A DNA stretch of 64,000 nucleotides from the human T2T-CHM13v2.0 reference genome, Homo sapiens (GCF_009914755.1 NC_060947.1), one strand, 5' to 3'. Shown: positions 41,401 through 54,804, counted from the first letter of the stretch. Notes: generated by a model from the letters alone, not told the origin. A program made the numbers and translations.

Positions 41401-43961
41401 TTCCATTATCGTTTGTTTCAAAAATTTTTTCAATTTCCTTCTTAATTGTTTCCTTGACAAACTGGTCACTCAGGAGCATATTGTTTAATTTCCATGTATT
41501 TGTATAGTTTCCAAAATTCCTCCTGTTATTAATGTCCAGTTTTATTCCATTGTGGACAGAGAAGATTCTTGATATTATTTCAATTTTTTGAATGTTTTAA
41601 GACTTGTTTTGTGACCTAACATATGGTTTATCCTTGAGAATAATCTAAGTACTGAGGAAAAGAATGTGTATTCTGCAGCTCTTGGATGAAATATTCTGTG
41701 AATATCTGTTAGATTCTTTTAGTGTGTAGTGCAGATTAAGTCTGATTTTCTTTGTTGATCTTCTGTTTGGAACATCTGTCCAATGCTGAAAGTGGGGTGT
41801 TGAAGTCTCCAATAATTATTGTACTGGGGCCTATGTCTCTCTTTATCTCTAATGATATTTCCTTTATATATCTGGATGCTCCCTTGTTGGATGCATATAT
41901 ATATTTAAAATTGTTGTATCCTCTTGCTGAATTGACCCATTTAAGATAATTTAGTGACTTTGTTTGTCTTTTATATTTTTGGGTTGAAATCTATTTTGTC
42001 TGTTGTAAGTATAGTGACTCCTGCTCTTTTTGGTTTTTTATTGGCATGGAATGTCTTTTTTCCATACTTTTATTTTCTGTCTATGTGTGCCTTTATAAGT
42101 GAAGTGTATTTCTTGTAAGCATCAGGTCAATGGATCTTGTTTTTTCATCCTTTCAGCCAGTCTATGTCTTTGGATTGGAGAGTTTAGTTCATATACATTC
42201 AATGTCATTATTAATAAGTAGGGAGATAATCCTGTCATCTTGTTATTTGTTTTCTGGTTGTTTTATATTCTTCTCTTCCTTCTTTTTTTCTTCCCATTTT
42301 CAGTGCAGGTGATTTTTGCTGGTGATATGATTGTTTCTTGCTTATTATTTTTTGTGCATCCATTGTACATTGTTTGGTTTGAGGTTACCATGAGGCCTGT
42401 AAATACTATCTTATAATTTATTATTTCAACCTGATAAAAACTTAACACTATTTGCATAAACAAACAAACGAAAAAGCAAGAAGAATACTTATAAAAATTC
42501 TATGCCTTAACTTTATCCCGCAACTTTTTAACATTTTGTTGTTTGTATTCATATCTTATTGTACAAAATATGTCTTGAAAAGTTGTTGTAGTTATTATTT
42601 TTGATTGGTTCATTGTTTAATCTTTCTACTTAGTATATGAGTAGTTCACACACTGAGTTACAATGTTATAATATTATGTGTTTTTCTGTGTACTTACTAT
42701 TACCAGTAAGTTTTGTACATTCAAGTGATTATTTATTGCTCACTAATGTACTCTTTTCATAATTGAAGTAATCCCTTTAACAGTTCTTATAGGACAGGTC
42801 TGATGATAATAAAATTTCTCAGTTTTTTTTTTGTCTGGGAAAGTCTTTATTTCTCCTTCATGTTTGAAGGATATTTCCACCAGGTACACTATTTTATGGT
42901 AGAATTTTTCTCCTTCAGCACTTTAAATATGTAATGCCACTCTCTCCTGCCCTGTAAGATTTTCACTGAAAAGTATGCTGCCAGAGGTATTGGAGCTTCA
43001 TTGTATGTTATTTGTTACTTTTCTCATATTGTTTTTCATATCCTTTCTCTATCTTTGACCTCTGAAAATTTTGATTATTAAATGCCATTAGGTAGTCTTC
43101 TTTGGGTTAAATCTGCTTGGTGTTCTATAACTTTCTTGCACTTGGATATTGATATTTTTCTCTAGATTTAGTAAGTTCTCTGATACTATCCCTTTGAACA
43201 TGCTTTCTACCCCTATTTCTTTGTCTACCTCCTCTTTAAAGCTAATCACTCTTAGATTTGCCCTTTTGAGGCTATTTTTTAGATCCTGTAGGAATGCTTC
43301 ATTGTTTTTTATTATTTTTTCTTTTGTCTCCTCTGGTTATGTATCTTCAAATGGCCTGTCTTGAAGTTTACTAATCCTTTCTTTGGATCAATTCTGCTAT
43401 GAAAAGACTCTGATGCATTCTTCAACATGTCTATTTCATTTTTCAGCTCCAGGATTTCTACTTGATTCTTTTAAATTATTTTAATCTTTGTTAAATTTAC
43501 CTGATAGAATTCTGAATTTCTTCTCTGTGTTATCTTGAATTTCTTAGAGTTTCCTCAACAAAGCTATTTTGAATTCTCTGTGTGAATGGTCACGTATCTC
43601 TGTTGCTCCAATATTGGTCCTTGGAAACTTATTTAGTTCATTTGGCAAGGTCATGATCTCCTGGATGGTCTTGATACCTGTAGATGTTCATCTGTGTCAG
43701 GGCATTGAAAAATTAGGTATTTATTTCAGCATTTGCAGTTTGGGCTTGTTTTTACCTGCCCTTCTTGGGAAGGCTTTCCAGATATTTGAGAGCACTTGGG
43801 TGTTGAAATCTAAACTGTATCTGCTTTAGGGGGCACCCCAAGCCCAGCAATGTTTTGGTTCTTTCAGACACACAGAGGTTCCTTGTGCAAGATCCAGGAG
43901 AATTCTCTAGATTACCAGACAGAGACTTGTTCTCTTTCTTTACTTTCTTCCAAACAAACAG

Positions 43962-44160
43962 TGATATAGTTTGGCTGTGTTGCCACCCAAATCTCATCTT
44001 GAATTGTAGCTCCCATAATTCCCATGTGTCATGAAAGGGACCTGGTTAGAGGTAATTGAATCATGGGGGCAGGTCTATCCCATGCTGTTCTCATGATAGT
44101 GAATAAGTCTTATGAAATATGATGTTTTTCTAAATTGGAGTTCCCCTGTATGAGCTCTCT
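43962..44160 (+). mobile_element. THE1 LTR, 5' ~200 bp only
   Basis: tgatatagtttggctgtgttgccacccaaatctcatcttgaattgtag is the THE1 LTR start. Confidence 0.9.
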
Positions 44161-45475
44161 CTACCAGAGGTTCTTCATGAGGGCCCTGCCCCTCCAGCAA
44201 ATTTCTGCCTGTACATCCAGGCATTTCCATACATCCTCTGAAATCTAGCTGGAGGTTTCCAAACCTCAATTCTTGACTTCTGTCCACCCACAGGCTCAAC
44301 ACCACATGGAAGCTGCCAAGGCTTAGGGCTTGCACCCTGTGAAGCCACAGCCTAAGCTGTACCTCGGCTCCTTTTAGCCATGGCTAGAGTGGCTGGAATG
44401 CAGGGCACAAAGTCTCTAGGCTTCACAAAGCAGGGGTTCCTGGGCCTGGCCCATGAAACCATTTTTTCCTCCTACGCCTCTGGGCCTGTGATGGGAGGGG
44501 CTGCTGCAAAGGTCTCTGACATGCTCTAGAGACATTTTCCCCATTGTCTTGGTGATTAACATTTGACTTCTCATTACTTATTCAAATTTCTGCAGCTGAC
44601 TTGAATTTCTTCTCAGAAAATGGGTTTTTCTTTTCTATTGCATCATCAGGCTGCAAATTTTCTGACCTTTTATGCTCTGTTTCCCTTTTAAAACTGAATG
44701 CTTTTAACAGCACCCAAGTAACTTCTTGAATGCTTTGCTGCTTAGAAATTTCTTCTGTCAGATACCCTAAATTATCTCCCTCAAGTTCAGAGTTCCACAA
44801 ATCTCTAGGGCAGGGGCAAAATGCCACGAGTCTTTTTGCTAAAACATAGCAAGAGTCACCTTTATTCTGGTTCTCAACAAGTTTCTCATCTCCATCTGAG
44901 ACCACCTCAGCTTGGATTTGATTGTCCATATTATTATCAGCATTTTGGTCAAAGCCATTCAACAAGTCTCTTGGAAGTTCTACTTTCCACATCTTCCTTT
45001 CTTCTTCTGAGCCCTCCAAACTGTTTCAACCTCTGCCTGTTACCCAGTTCCAAAGTTGCTTCCACATCTTTGGGTATCTTTACAGCAGCACCCCACTCTT
45101 CCAGTACCAAGTTACTGTTATTAGTCTGTTTTCATGCTGCTGATAAAGGCATACCTGAGACTGGGTAATCTATAATGAAAAAGAGGTTTAATTGACTCAC
45201 AGTTCCAAGTGGTTGGGGAGGCCTCACAATTATGGCAGAAGGCAAAAGCCACACCTTACATGGTGGCAGGCAAGAGAGAAAGCTTGTGCAGGAGAACTCC
45301 TCTTTATAAAACCATTGGATCTCATGAGACTTATTTACTATCACAAGAACAGCACTGGAAAGACCCAACCCCGTGATTCAGTTACCTCCCACCAGGTTCC
45401 TCCCACGACACATGGGAATTGTGGGAGTTTCAAATCAAGATGAGATTTGGGTGAGGATACAGCCAAACCATATCA
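44161..45475 (-). mobile_element. THE1 (THE1C-like) complete LTR (45116-45475) plus ~950 bp of internal sequence
   Basis: Ends ...cagccaaaccatatca (reverse complement of LTR start); internal ORF remnant 44582-45019 (LPRDLLNGFDQNAD) typical of MaLR internal sequence. Confidence 0.92.
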
Positions 45476-47064
45476 TCTCCCCTTTTCAAAGGCAGAGGAG
45501 CCTCACCCCATGGTCACTGCCACCTCAAGCCCAAAGGGTGTACTCCCAGACTACTGTCAATGTTCCCTTAAGGCCTAAAGGCTCTTTACCAGCTTGTGGT
45601 GAATGCTGCCTAGCCTTGGACTCACCCTGCATGGCAGTGGGCTCCCCTCTGGCCCAGGGAAGGTCCAGAAATGCTATCCAAGAGCCAAGTTTTGTAATCA
45701 GGGAAACTTAAAGACCACATTGGGGCCCTACATTTTTTTTCTGGCTGAGCTGGTACCTGAGGTGCAAGACAAGGTTCATTTTTACTTCTCCCTCTGCTTT
45801 TCTCAAGCAGATGGAGTCTTGCCTCATAGCCACCACAGCTGATAATGTGCCAATTTTCATCTGAAGATAGCAAGTCTCAGAGTGTCACCAAAGGCCCTTG
45901 ACATAGTAGCTGTGTATTACTGCTGGTTATTCAGGACCTAAGAGGTCTTTAGGTATTAGGTGGTACATACTGACAGGATTGGGTCCTTCCATTCAAGGCA
46001 ACAGACTTCCTTCTGGCCCAGGGTGTATCTAGAAATGTCCAGGAACTGGGATCTGGAAAAGGGCCTCACGACTCTGACTGGTGCCCTATCCTCTGTGGCT
46101 GAGATGGTATTCAAGATGGAAGACAAAGTCCTCCCAACTCTTCTCTGTCCTCTATTCAAGTGGAAGTAAGGGGTCTGTTTTGGAGCCATGAGCTGTGTAG
46201 CCAGGGGTTAGGGGAGGAATGATGCCAGCATTCTCTTAGCCACCCCAGCTGTTGTCTCAGTAGGTCATGAGACCACCCCCAAGGTCCACTGTTTCTGGTC
46301 CCAGTTCAGCATTAGGACTCTCCTAGGAGTTGCAGTCCTTGTGGCCTGGAGTGTCTTTCAAAATTACTTCAAGCCCCAGAACACTGTAGCCCACAGCATC
46401 AAGACTTGTGGGAACTCAAGTTCTGACTGCTGCAGTCTGTAATTCCCCTCTGCCTAGGGCTGGTTTAAATGCCCCCTCCATGGGTGGCCATCAGCTGAGT
46501 TTGATCCAGTTTTCCTTTCTGCTGTTACAGGACAGCACTGAGTTCAATGCCTCACAATTGCTGCTCTCTCTCTTCCCGAGCACAAAGAAATACTCTCTGC
46601 ACCATGCTGCCACTGCTAGGAGATGTGGGAGGGATGAGTTGGCAATTCAAGACTGTTTTTTCTACCTCTTCAGTGCCTCTTTCAGCATTACAAAGTTAAA
46701 ATCAGGTGCTATGAGAGCTCACCTGATTTTTGGTTCTTACAAAGGTTTTTTTTTTAATGTAGATAGTTGTTAAATTGGTGTCCTTGTGAGGTGTGTGTGG
46801 GCGCAATCAGTGGAGCCTTCTATTTTACCATCTTGCTCCACCTCGAGTCCCTGGTCATTCAATTTAAACTTCCCCATTAATCCTACCCCAGTCCCACTAG
46901 ACTGTCAAGGCAATGAATAAGTCATTCTTTTGGTATATCCTGCTGTATGTAGTACAGTGCCCTTTAAATATTAATTTATTTGAGTTAATCCATTTTCTGT
47001 ATGATTTAATTGATGTCTTGTCAAAATCAGTGACAATTGTTGCGTGGACAAAGACAATAAACAT

Positions 47065-47255
47065 AGTGGAAAATTCATAGGACTATTAGGCCAAAGATTT
47101 GGATTATACCTCAGGCTTCAGTGGATGATTAATTGAGTGATCTTGGGCAAATCACTTCTTTTTTTATGATCTCTTCACTTATCTGTTATACAATAGGGCT
47201 TGAATTATATGATCTCTGAAGTCCCTTCTAACCTACCATACTATAAATCTGTGAA
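47065..47255 (+). mobile_element. MIR (MIR3/MIRc-like)
   Basis: gtgatcttgggcaaatcactt...atctgt...gatctctgaagtcccttcta. Confidence 0.6.
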
Positions 47256-47718
47256 TCAGGGTATTTCTGTTTTTTGAGAGCTGTAGGATAAGAGATTTAT
47301 AGTTTCAATGAAGAGAAACACGGACATAAGTTGTTTGTGATCTTGACTTAAGACTACTAGATGTTCCCTGAACTTCTTCTAGGTGATATCTGAGAGAAAG
47401 ACTCAATTCTTCTTTGAGTGTATTAGCTGTGCTCAGAATACAGGCTTGGTCAGGCACTCTAAAGGCAGCACAGTTCTAGATTTGAAAGTGATTTCTAAAC
47501 AAAGTGCTAAATTTATGATTTAAAGTTGTCTCACTTGTCAAAGCCCACAGGTCTTTCTTCCTGGACTTATCCTTTTTGTTTTACAAGTTATGCCATCTCT
47601 GGTTCTGACTATAGCACCACCATTCTTCAGGCCTTCTAAGAGAGAAACTCCTGAAATCGTATTTGATAGCTCATTTTTATCATTTGTTGTATGAGAAGTC
47701 CATCCTGCTTGATCGTAT

Positions 47719-48366
47719 TGTGGCGTGCCAGGTTTCACTAACTCAGACCTCCGTAATAACTATTTCAATACTGACTGAGTGGTTAAGTTAAATATTAAAA
47801 GCCAGTGCCCTTATGTGAAAGCTGGAATTTAACAAAGAGTCCACCAAGAGTTTTGCCTAGGCTTTTCCTGGGCCTTAAAGCATGACAAAATAATGAAGGA
47901 ATTCTTAACAGGACCCATTTAGGATTAAACAAACTTTATTGGGGGTCTGAAGAAACTCCCCAGGCCTCCACAAAGAAGTTTATTGGGGTCTAAAGGAACT
48001 CCCCAAACCTCCGTGACTTAGCAGGAGACAAGATAAGGGTAATCACCTCAGCACCTAGACCCATTTAGATTAAGTAAATTTACTGAGGCTCCAGAGGAAG
48101 ATCTTCAAAACTCAGACCTTAGTTATAGATTCAGATAAGTTAATTGCTATGTCTTTAGATGAATGCACACTTACACATAGACATATAGCTTAGAAGGTAT
48201 ATAAACTCTGGAAAACTTTGTAATTTTGAGTTGGTCTGGTGATAATTTCTAAGCCTTCTCCCTGTAATCGGTTACAGAAATAAAAGCTCTCTTCCCCCAG
48301 TGCATCTACATCTTGTTATTGGGCCAGGAGAAATATCAGCCCGACCCTCAGTTTGGTCTGGAAACA
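47719..48366 (+). mobile_element. Solo ERV1-class LTR (MER4 group; MER39/LTR29-like, subfamily uncertain)
   Basis: TG...CA termini, 4-bp TSD gtat (47715-47718 and 48367-48370), TATA box 48198-48205, AATAAA 48279-48284. Confidence 0.85.
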
Positions 48367-48909
48367 GTATGGCTTCAAGATTCCAAATCCAATGATCCAT
48401 TTGTTCATATCTTAGCTGATGCCTGAAATCTACTCTATAGAGTTTCTAACAGGCTTTGATTCCCAGGAAAGTATATCTCTTCCTTAATGTGGACCATTTT
48501 GGTTCTTGGGCCCTTAATAACTTAAACAAATGAGTCCTCTTTGCCCCAAGTAAAAACATTTGTAACTTGTTTTGCTCCAACAAAGTGCAATAAATAAAGC
48601 CTTTGACTTTAGTAAAACAATTGCTCTTTTTTGTATATTTTTGGAAATTTTCTCACAGTCTTCTGGGAACCAAATTCCAGAATTAAGGCAATCTCTTCAG
48701 ATTGTTTTAGAGTCCAAATCCCTAAAAGCAAACAAACTTCCACCCTCACCCTTCTGATCAAAGTTGTCCCTGACAGCTCCCCTGATTAGGGTTGTTGGAG
48801 ACATCAGATATACTTGAGTACCTTCCAAGATATTACTTATAAGGAAAAAAATTTATTTTTTTTTCTAGATTGGATAAATAGCAACATCAAAATGGATATT
48901 TCATTGCTT

Positions 48910-49487
48910 AGAAGATGATCCTAAGATTTATTCATCTTGCTTCACTGAAATTTTATGCCCATTCCTCACCTTCCCAGCAGCCCCTGGCAAATGCCATTCT
49001 AGTTTCTGATTCTATAAATTTGACTATTTTAGATATTTCATTTAAGTGGAATAAGTGCAGTATTTATCTTTCTGTGATTGGGTTATTTTGCTTAGCATAA
49101 CGCCCTCAAGGCTCATCCATGCAGTTGCATATTACAGAATTTCCTTCCTTTTTTGTGGCTGGATTATATTCAATTTTATGCATATACCACCTTTTCTTTG
49201 CTCATTCATCTGCCAATGGGCATTTGGCAGAACTATTTACAATAGCTAAGATTTGGAAGCAATCTAAGTGTTCATCAACAGATGAATGGATAAAGGAAAT
49301 GTGGTACATATACACAGTGGAATACTATTTGGCCATAAAATTAGATCCAGTAATTTGCAACAACATATATAGAACTAGAGATCATTATGTTAAGTGAAAA
49401 GAGAAATAAGCCAGGAACAGAAAGACAAACATCACATGTTCTCACTTATTTGTGGGATCTAAAAATCAAAACACTAGAACTTATGGT
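48910..49487. mobile_element. Two abutting L1MA 3' fragments in opposite orientation (minus ~48910-49226; plus ~49227-49487)
   Basis: Reverse 3'UTR/ORF2 end, then forward ORF2 end (FTIAKIWKQSKCSSTDEWIKEMWYIY). Confidence 0.7.
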
Positions 49488-49501
49488 CGTTGAGGGTTTT
49501 T

Positions 49502-49793
<292 letters not shown>

Positions 49794-49964
49794 TCCATTG
49801 AGGGTTTTTAGTTTTATTCTATACCATCTCTTATTTATAGTAAGTGCCCTGTTTTATAAATAAAGACTTCTTTTTATAGTAAATGACTTCTCCTTTAAGA
49901 AAGGAGAAAAATTAGCTTAATTTTCTAATGAAGCAAATACAATATGGATAAAGTGGCAATAACA

Positions 49965-50090
49965 CAATAGTCTTTGTCCAAGATTGGTCTGAGTTTGAAT
50001 CATTATTTCTTCACTTAGCTGTGTGACCTTGGGCAAGTTACTTAACTTCTCTGATACTGTTTCCTCATCTGTAAAATGAAGATAATAAAG
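49965..50090 (+). mobile_element. MIR
   Basis: Clear core: cacttagctgtgtgaccttgggcaagttacttaacttctctg...tttcctcatctgtaaaatg. Confidence 0.85.
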
Positions 50091-50411
50091 GAGAAAAGAC
50101 AGCAAAAGGGTATCAGAGAGGAAAAAAATGAAAAATGTGTAGTATTGTAGAATCCAAAGGAGTGGTTTTTAAGAAAGATTGTGGTCATTGGTTTGAAATG
50201 TTCCAAAAGACCAAAGAGAATGAAGTTTGTAAAATGACAATTGGACTTGGTAATTAGGAGGCCAGTGGTGATCTGGGAGAAAATATTTTCAATGAAGTAA
50301 TAAATTTTTAACTAAATTACAAGGATTAAAACTTTTAACGTGACTTTTCAACCTCTGTTTGGATTGTCATTGTGAATAAAAAGAGAAAAAGAAAGAAAGA
50401 AGATGTGAAGG

Positions 50412-51026
50412 TGTGTTAGTTTTCTATAGTGTAACAAATTACCACCAACTAAAAACAACATCCAATTATTTTCTCATGGTTTCTGTGGGTTGGGAGTTTA
50501 GTTAAAAACTGGGTCTTCTGCTTAGCATCTCACAACACTGCAATCAAATTGTCAGCCAGAACTAGTATCTCCTCCGAGGCTTAAGGTCCTTTTCCAAGAT
50601 GATTTGTCATTAGCAGAATTCTTTCCTTGCAGTTGTGTGACTGAGGTCCCATTTTATTGCTAGCTGTTGACCAGGGATGACTCTCATCTCCTAAAGGCTA
50701 CCTTCAGGCCCTTGACACATGGTCTTATTATCTTACAACATTGCTGTTTGTTTTCTTCCAGGCCATCAGGAGAGATATCTCTCCTCGAAATCTTTCTGAT
50801 ACTTTCTCTGATGTCTAGACCTCCTATTAAAGGGCTCATCTGAATAGTAGGCCCAGGATAATCCACTATTTGATAAACTGAAAATCAATGAATTGGTAAC
50901 CTAATCAAGAAATGAAATCCCATTATATCCACAGGTCCCACTCAGACTCAAGGGGAGGAGTTTATACAGGACTTGTACATCAGGGGACAAGAATACTTGG
51001 GGTCATCTTTGAATTTTGCCTACCAA
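50412..51026 (-). mobile_element. MLT1 (MaLR) solo LTR
   Basis: tgtgttagtttctatagtgtaacaaattaccac...gggtcatctttgaattttgcctacca, typical reverse MLT1 termini. Confidence 0.75.
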
Positions 51027-53829
51027 AGAGTGAATGTCTAGGAGGGATTTTCTGAGGAGGAAAATGTGTTCTAAAGCCAAGCTATAAAAATCCCTAAGAG
51101 TGGCAGCAGCAGAAGTGTGGACTTGTAAATAAAAATGTTTGAGTGATTAGTCAAGGTGCTTCAGGTGAATATTTACTTATCTCAGACATATTTCTGGCAA
51201 GGTGGGAGTGAAACAGAGTAGAGTCTGCATATAAATGCTCCAAACAAAAAGAGTTTATCAGGGATCTTTGGCCTGAGTCCAGGTGAGGTTTCTATGCCAA
51301 AGTATAGCAAAATCTGGGGATGCAGTTGAGGTTTCCAAGGTAAAGGGAGGTTTTTGTAGTGCTGAAAGAAGCTCTTGAAAAAAAAAAGCACATGGTACCA
51401 TTAAGGAGGGAATCAATGGGGAAACAAAACTGTCCAGTTGCCTGATTGGTGTGGAGGAGCAGACTGTACCTTATTTCCCCAAGTGTTGCAGAAAACAGTA
51501 ATGTAGTTACATTCCTCTTAGAAATACATAGCCATGTATCCATTCTTAGTGAGTAGAATGAAATGGAAGTGGCCTTATAACTGTGTATGTAAATGGTACG
51601 TGAAAAGTTATTAATTGAATTAAATTGGATTGAATTAAACTGATTTTGATTATATGATTAATCATTTATGGTTTTGTCATAAATAAAAAGAAATGTCTGC
51701 TGAATCTTGTTTACCTAAGCCTTAATTACCCCAAACTATTAATTTAATTAATTCAGCTAAATTTCCTGAGGTTCAAGTGAAAGTTTAAATAATAGGGCTG
51801 GAAATGGAGCCTCTAAGTTTAATTTTTATATCTAGAAAGATTTTGGTAAAGATACTGACAAGATCAGCTTATATTAAATACTAAGATGTACTAAGAAGAA
51901 ATCAAGCTGGAATTGTAAAGAGCCCACCAGCCTGATTTGAAACTTTAAATTTTATAAAATATGGTCTAACCATAGAACTTACTACTTTCTGCCTAGTGTT
52001 ATTATATGCATTCATTCAAAAATATTTTTCTAAGCCTCTATTATGTCCATTTATGTACTTGGCTTAGTGCTTCTTAACTGAAACTCCTTAGGACAGGGAG
52101 CAGGTTTCACTCATCTTTGTGCTCTCTTAGAGCTTAACTCAGGGCTTGGGACATGGTAAGCCCTCACTAGGTGTTACTGCTTGGCATTGAATTGGTGGCA
52201 GGGATTATGTGTGAGGATGACACCTGATCTGTGTTTCCCTGGGAGAGATATAGCTATATTTCACAGGATTGGGCTTTGTCTACCACTGCGTTATTAATAT
52301 CCTCAATTATAGGCAAGGAAAGAGAGTCATTATTTTATGCAGATGTTGTCAACTGGTGGATGGAAGTTAAAAATCTGAATAACTGAAAAATTAAATGAGA
52401 TAGGAGGTAGGACTAAGGTGAATGCCAAGTAAATTTGTGTAGTTTGTCAAATACCAGTCAAGAAATGTACTGTTTAGTTGCAAGTAGAGCTAGAGAGAGA
52501 AGGCGGGAGAGAGAGAAGAAAAATTGGTATAAGTGTGCAAAGTATATCAGCAATGAAGAGGTAGTCCTGATTGAACACCACATTGATCACACCTTCTCCC
52601 TTTTTAGAAGCCCCTTATTGTTTACAGGAAAAGGTATAATTCCTGTCCCATTCGATGGTACTGAATGACTTCTCAGGACCCCTCCTGTTACTATAAACCT
52701 ATTAGCATAATATGAAATTTGATTCTCTAAGGTGTATTCAATTCTTTGAAAAATTCTTCCAGTAATTCCTGGGCACCCTTTAGAATAAGAAATGGCATGA
52801 CAAAGAGTAACTTATCAGTGTTCTGGTGTTCAGGCTTTCACAAGGATTTGAGACCAAATATGATCACGAAGTGAATAATATGAAAAGAGATGACAGCTAT
52901 GTTCCCACACAACTGTGAGGTGAACCAAGTCACTTTGAACAGGTAATAAAAAGGGGTATGTGTCAGGTTACTGAAAACAATTATCAAGCAGAGTTACTCA
53001 GTGAAAGGAAGCTACCAGAAGAGGCTATAAAAATCTCTGTTTGGGATTGAATGACTTAGTTTTATAGAATGTTAGAGATGGAAGAGCACTTGGAGAACAT
53101 CTAATACACTCCCCTCATGACCCGGAAAGTTAAAATGACTGCTGAAAGTAACAGACAGAATTAGTGGCAGAGTAAAGACAAACCATATAATTAAGTTTCA
53201 GATTCCACAAAGCCTTTCAATAGACACTGGCACAAGACAAATTCATATACTGCTACAAATCATGACAGTTAAATATACTGTTGTACAAAGGACTGCACAA
53301 AAGGCAAGGATTGATCCATTATTTTTGCTCTTTGTTTACAATGTGGGAATACTGTTTGCTGAATTTAAAATTTACAAATTTCTTTTTAATTTTCTTGTTT
53401 ATCTTCTGTTCAATCTGTCCTTATCACTTATGATGAATTATTCTTAAAGCACAGTTCAAATCATATCCTTTCCCTCTCAGAGGTCTCCAGTGGCCTATTA
53501 ATTAACCTCAAAGAACTATTCAAGACTACAATAATATTCCCTCCTAACTGCATAGAGTTACTTTCCTGTTGTTTACCATATGTGTATCATGCAAATTATG
53601 CTATGAATAGCTCCATCTCTCCTTTTGTCTCTTTTTCTTTGCTCAGGGCATTTTAGGGATGGCAAAATGCTGTATTGCCATTTATAAAATGCCCTTTGTC
53701 GTCATCACTATTATATGTAATTCTAACCATCGTTAAGACAATCTCTTATATCACCTCTTCCCTAAAAACTTTCTAGATGCTCTGTATTACTTTGAAATAC
53801 TAGTTATATTAAAGGAGATGGATTAGCCA

Positions 53830-54790
53830 CTTAATATGTATCAATTCGGTGCTAGATATTTGGAAAACAAGACACAGACCTTGCCCACTAAGGGCTTACA
53901 GTCTACTAGAAGAAGACACAAGTATGTTAACAAATAAATGCACTGCATTATTACAGCTGCTGTGATAGAAGTTGATAAAGGACACAGAGCATAAAAGTAG
54001 TAAATGGGTGCATGTATTTGTAGAAAAGGCTTTATGAAAGAGAGAAGGGTGGGGCATATGGGGAAGAGTATCCTAGGTAGGAGGAGAAAGTAGAATGAGC
54101 AAGGAATGGAGGTGTGAAGTAGCCTGGCATATTTAAGGAACATCTAACATTTTGATATGGCTAAAATATAAGATGAAAGTAGTATGCATGTGCGTGTATG
54201 TGTGTTTGGGCGTGTGTGGGTGTGTGGGCGTGTGTGTGTGTGTGATTGGACTATGGGGCTTAAAAGTGAGAAATTAGGTAGAAAAGAAATGCAGAAAGTA
54301 TATCCTAAAGGGTGTTATATACCATTCTAGATAATTTGAGTTTATCTTCTAGGGAATTGAAAGCTACTACAGCATGCAGAGTGAGAAAAGAATACTGATA
54401 TATAAGGGAAAGAGGAAGTAGAGCTGTAAATATAGAGGTTGCCCATCCCTGAGAGGTTTAATTTTCTTGATAAAATAAGAGACAATATTATCTGCTGAGA
54501 AAAAGAAATGGGCTGCAGTAGGGTTCAGCTCATTGAAAGATTGGTGGAGGTTGGAATAATTGGCTCTGTAGAATGGGAGAGAAATATGACCAAGAAGGGA
54601 CTGATGGCCCAATTGAGGTTTGAGAATGTGAATTTTTAACAGCCCCAGTCTGCATGATTGTGTGATTTATTCCAGTAGTGCTCAGCAAGCACCCTGGGTG
54701 TAGGAGAGAAAATACACAAATGTTTCAATTGATCTAAAACCGGGGGCCACAGAGCAAATGTTATGAAAGGACAATGGAGTAAGGAAGTTA
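53830..54790 (-). mobile_element. L2 fragments
   Basis: acaagacacagaccttgccc...gcttacagtcta and later L2-like text; continues after the L1 at ~56850-57540. Confidence 0.5.
54186..54244. repeat. Imperfect (GT)n microsatellite
   Basis: gcatgtgcgtgtatgtgtgtttgggcgtgtgtgggtgtgtgggcgtgtgtgtgtgtgtg. Confidence 0.85.
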
Positions 54791-54804
54791 AGAATGCTTC
54801 CAAA

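Noticed and set aside
44582-45019. 145-aa ORF as a possible domesticated gene
   Set aside because: Ordinary remnant of the THE1 internal ORF found in many copies; truncated.
45209-45221. PRDM9 hotspot 13-mer in the THE1 LTR (CCTCCCCAACCAC on minus)
   Set aside because: Lacks the T at position 7 of CCNCCNTNNCCNC.
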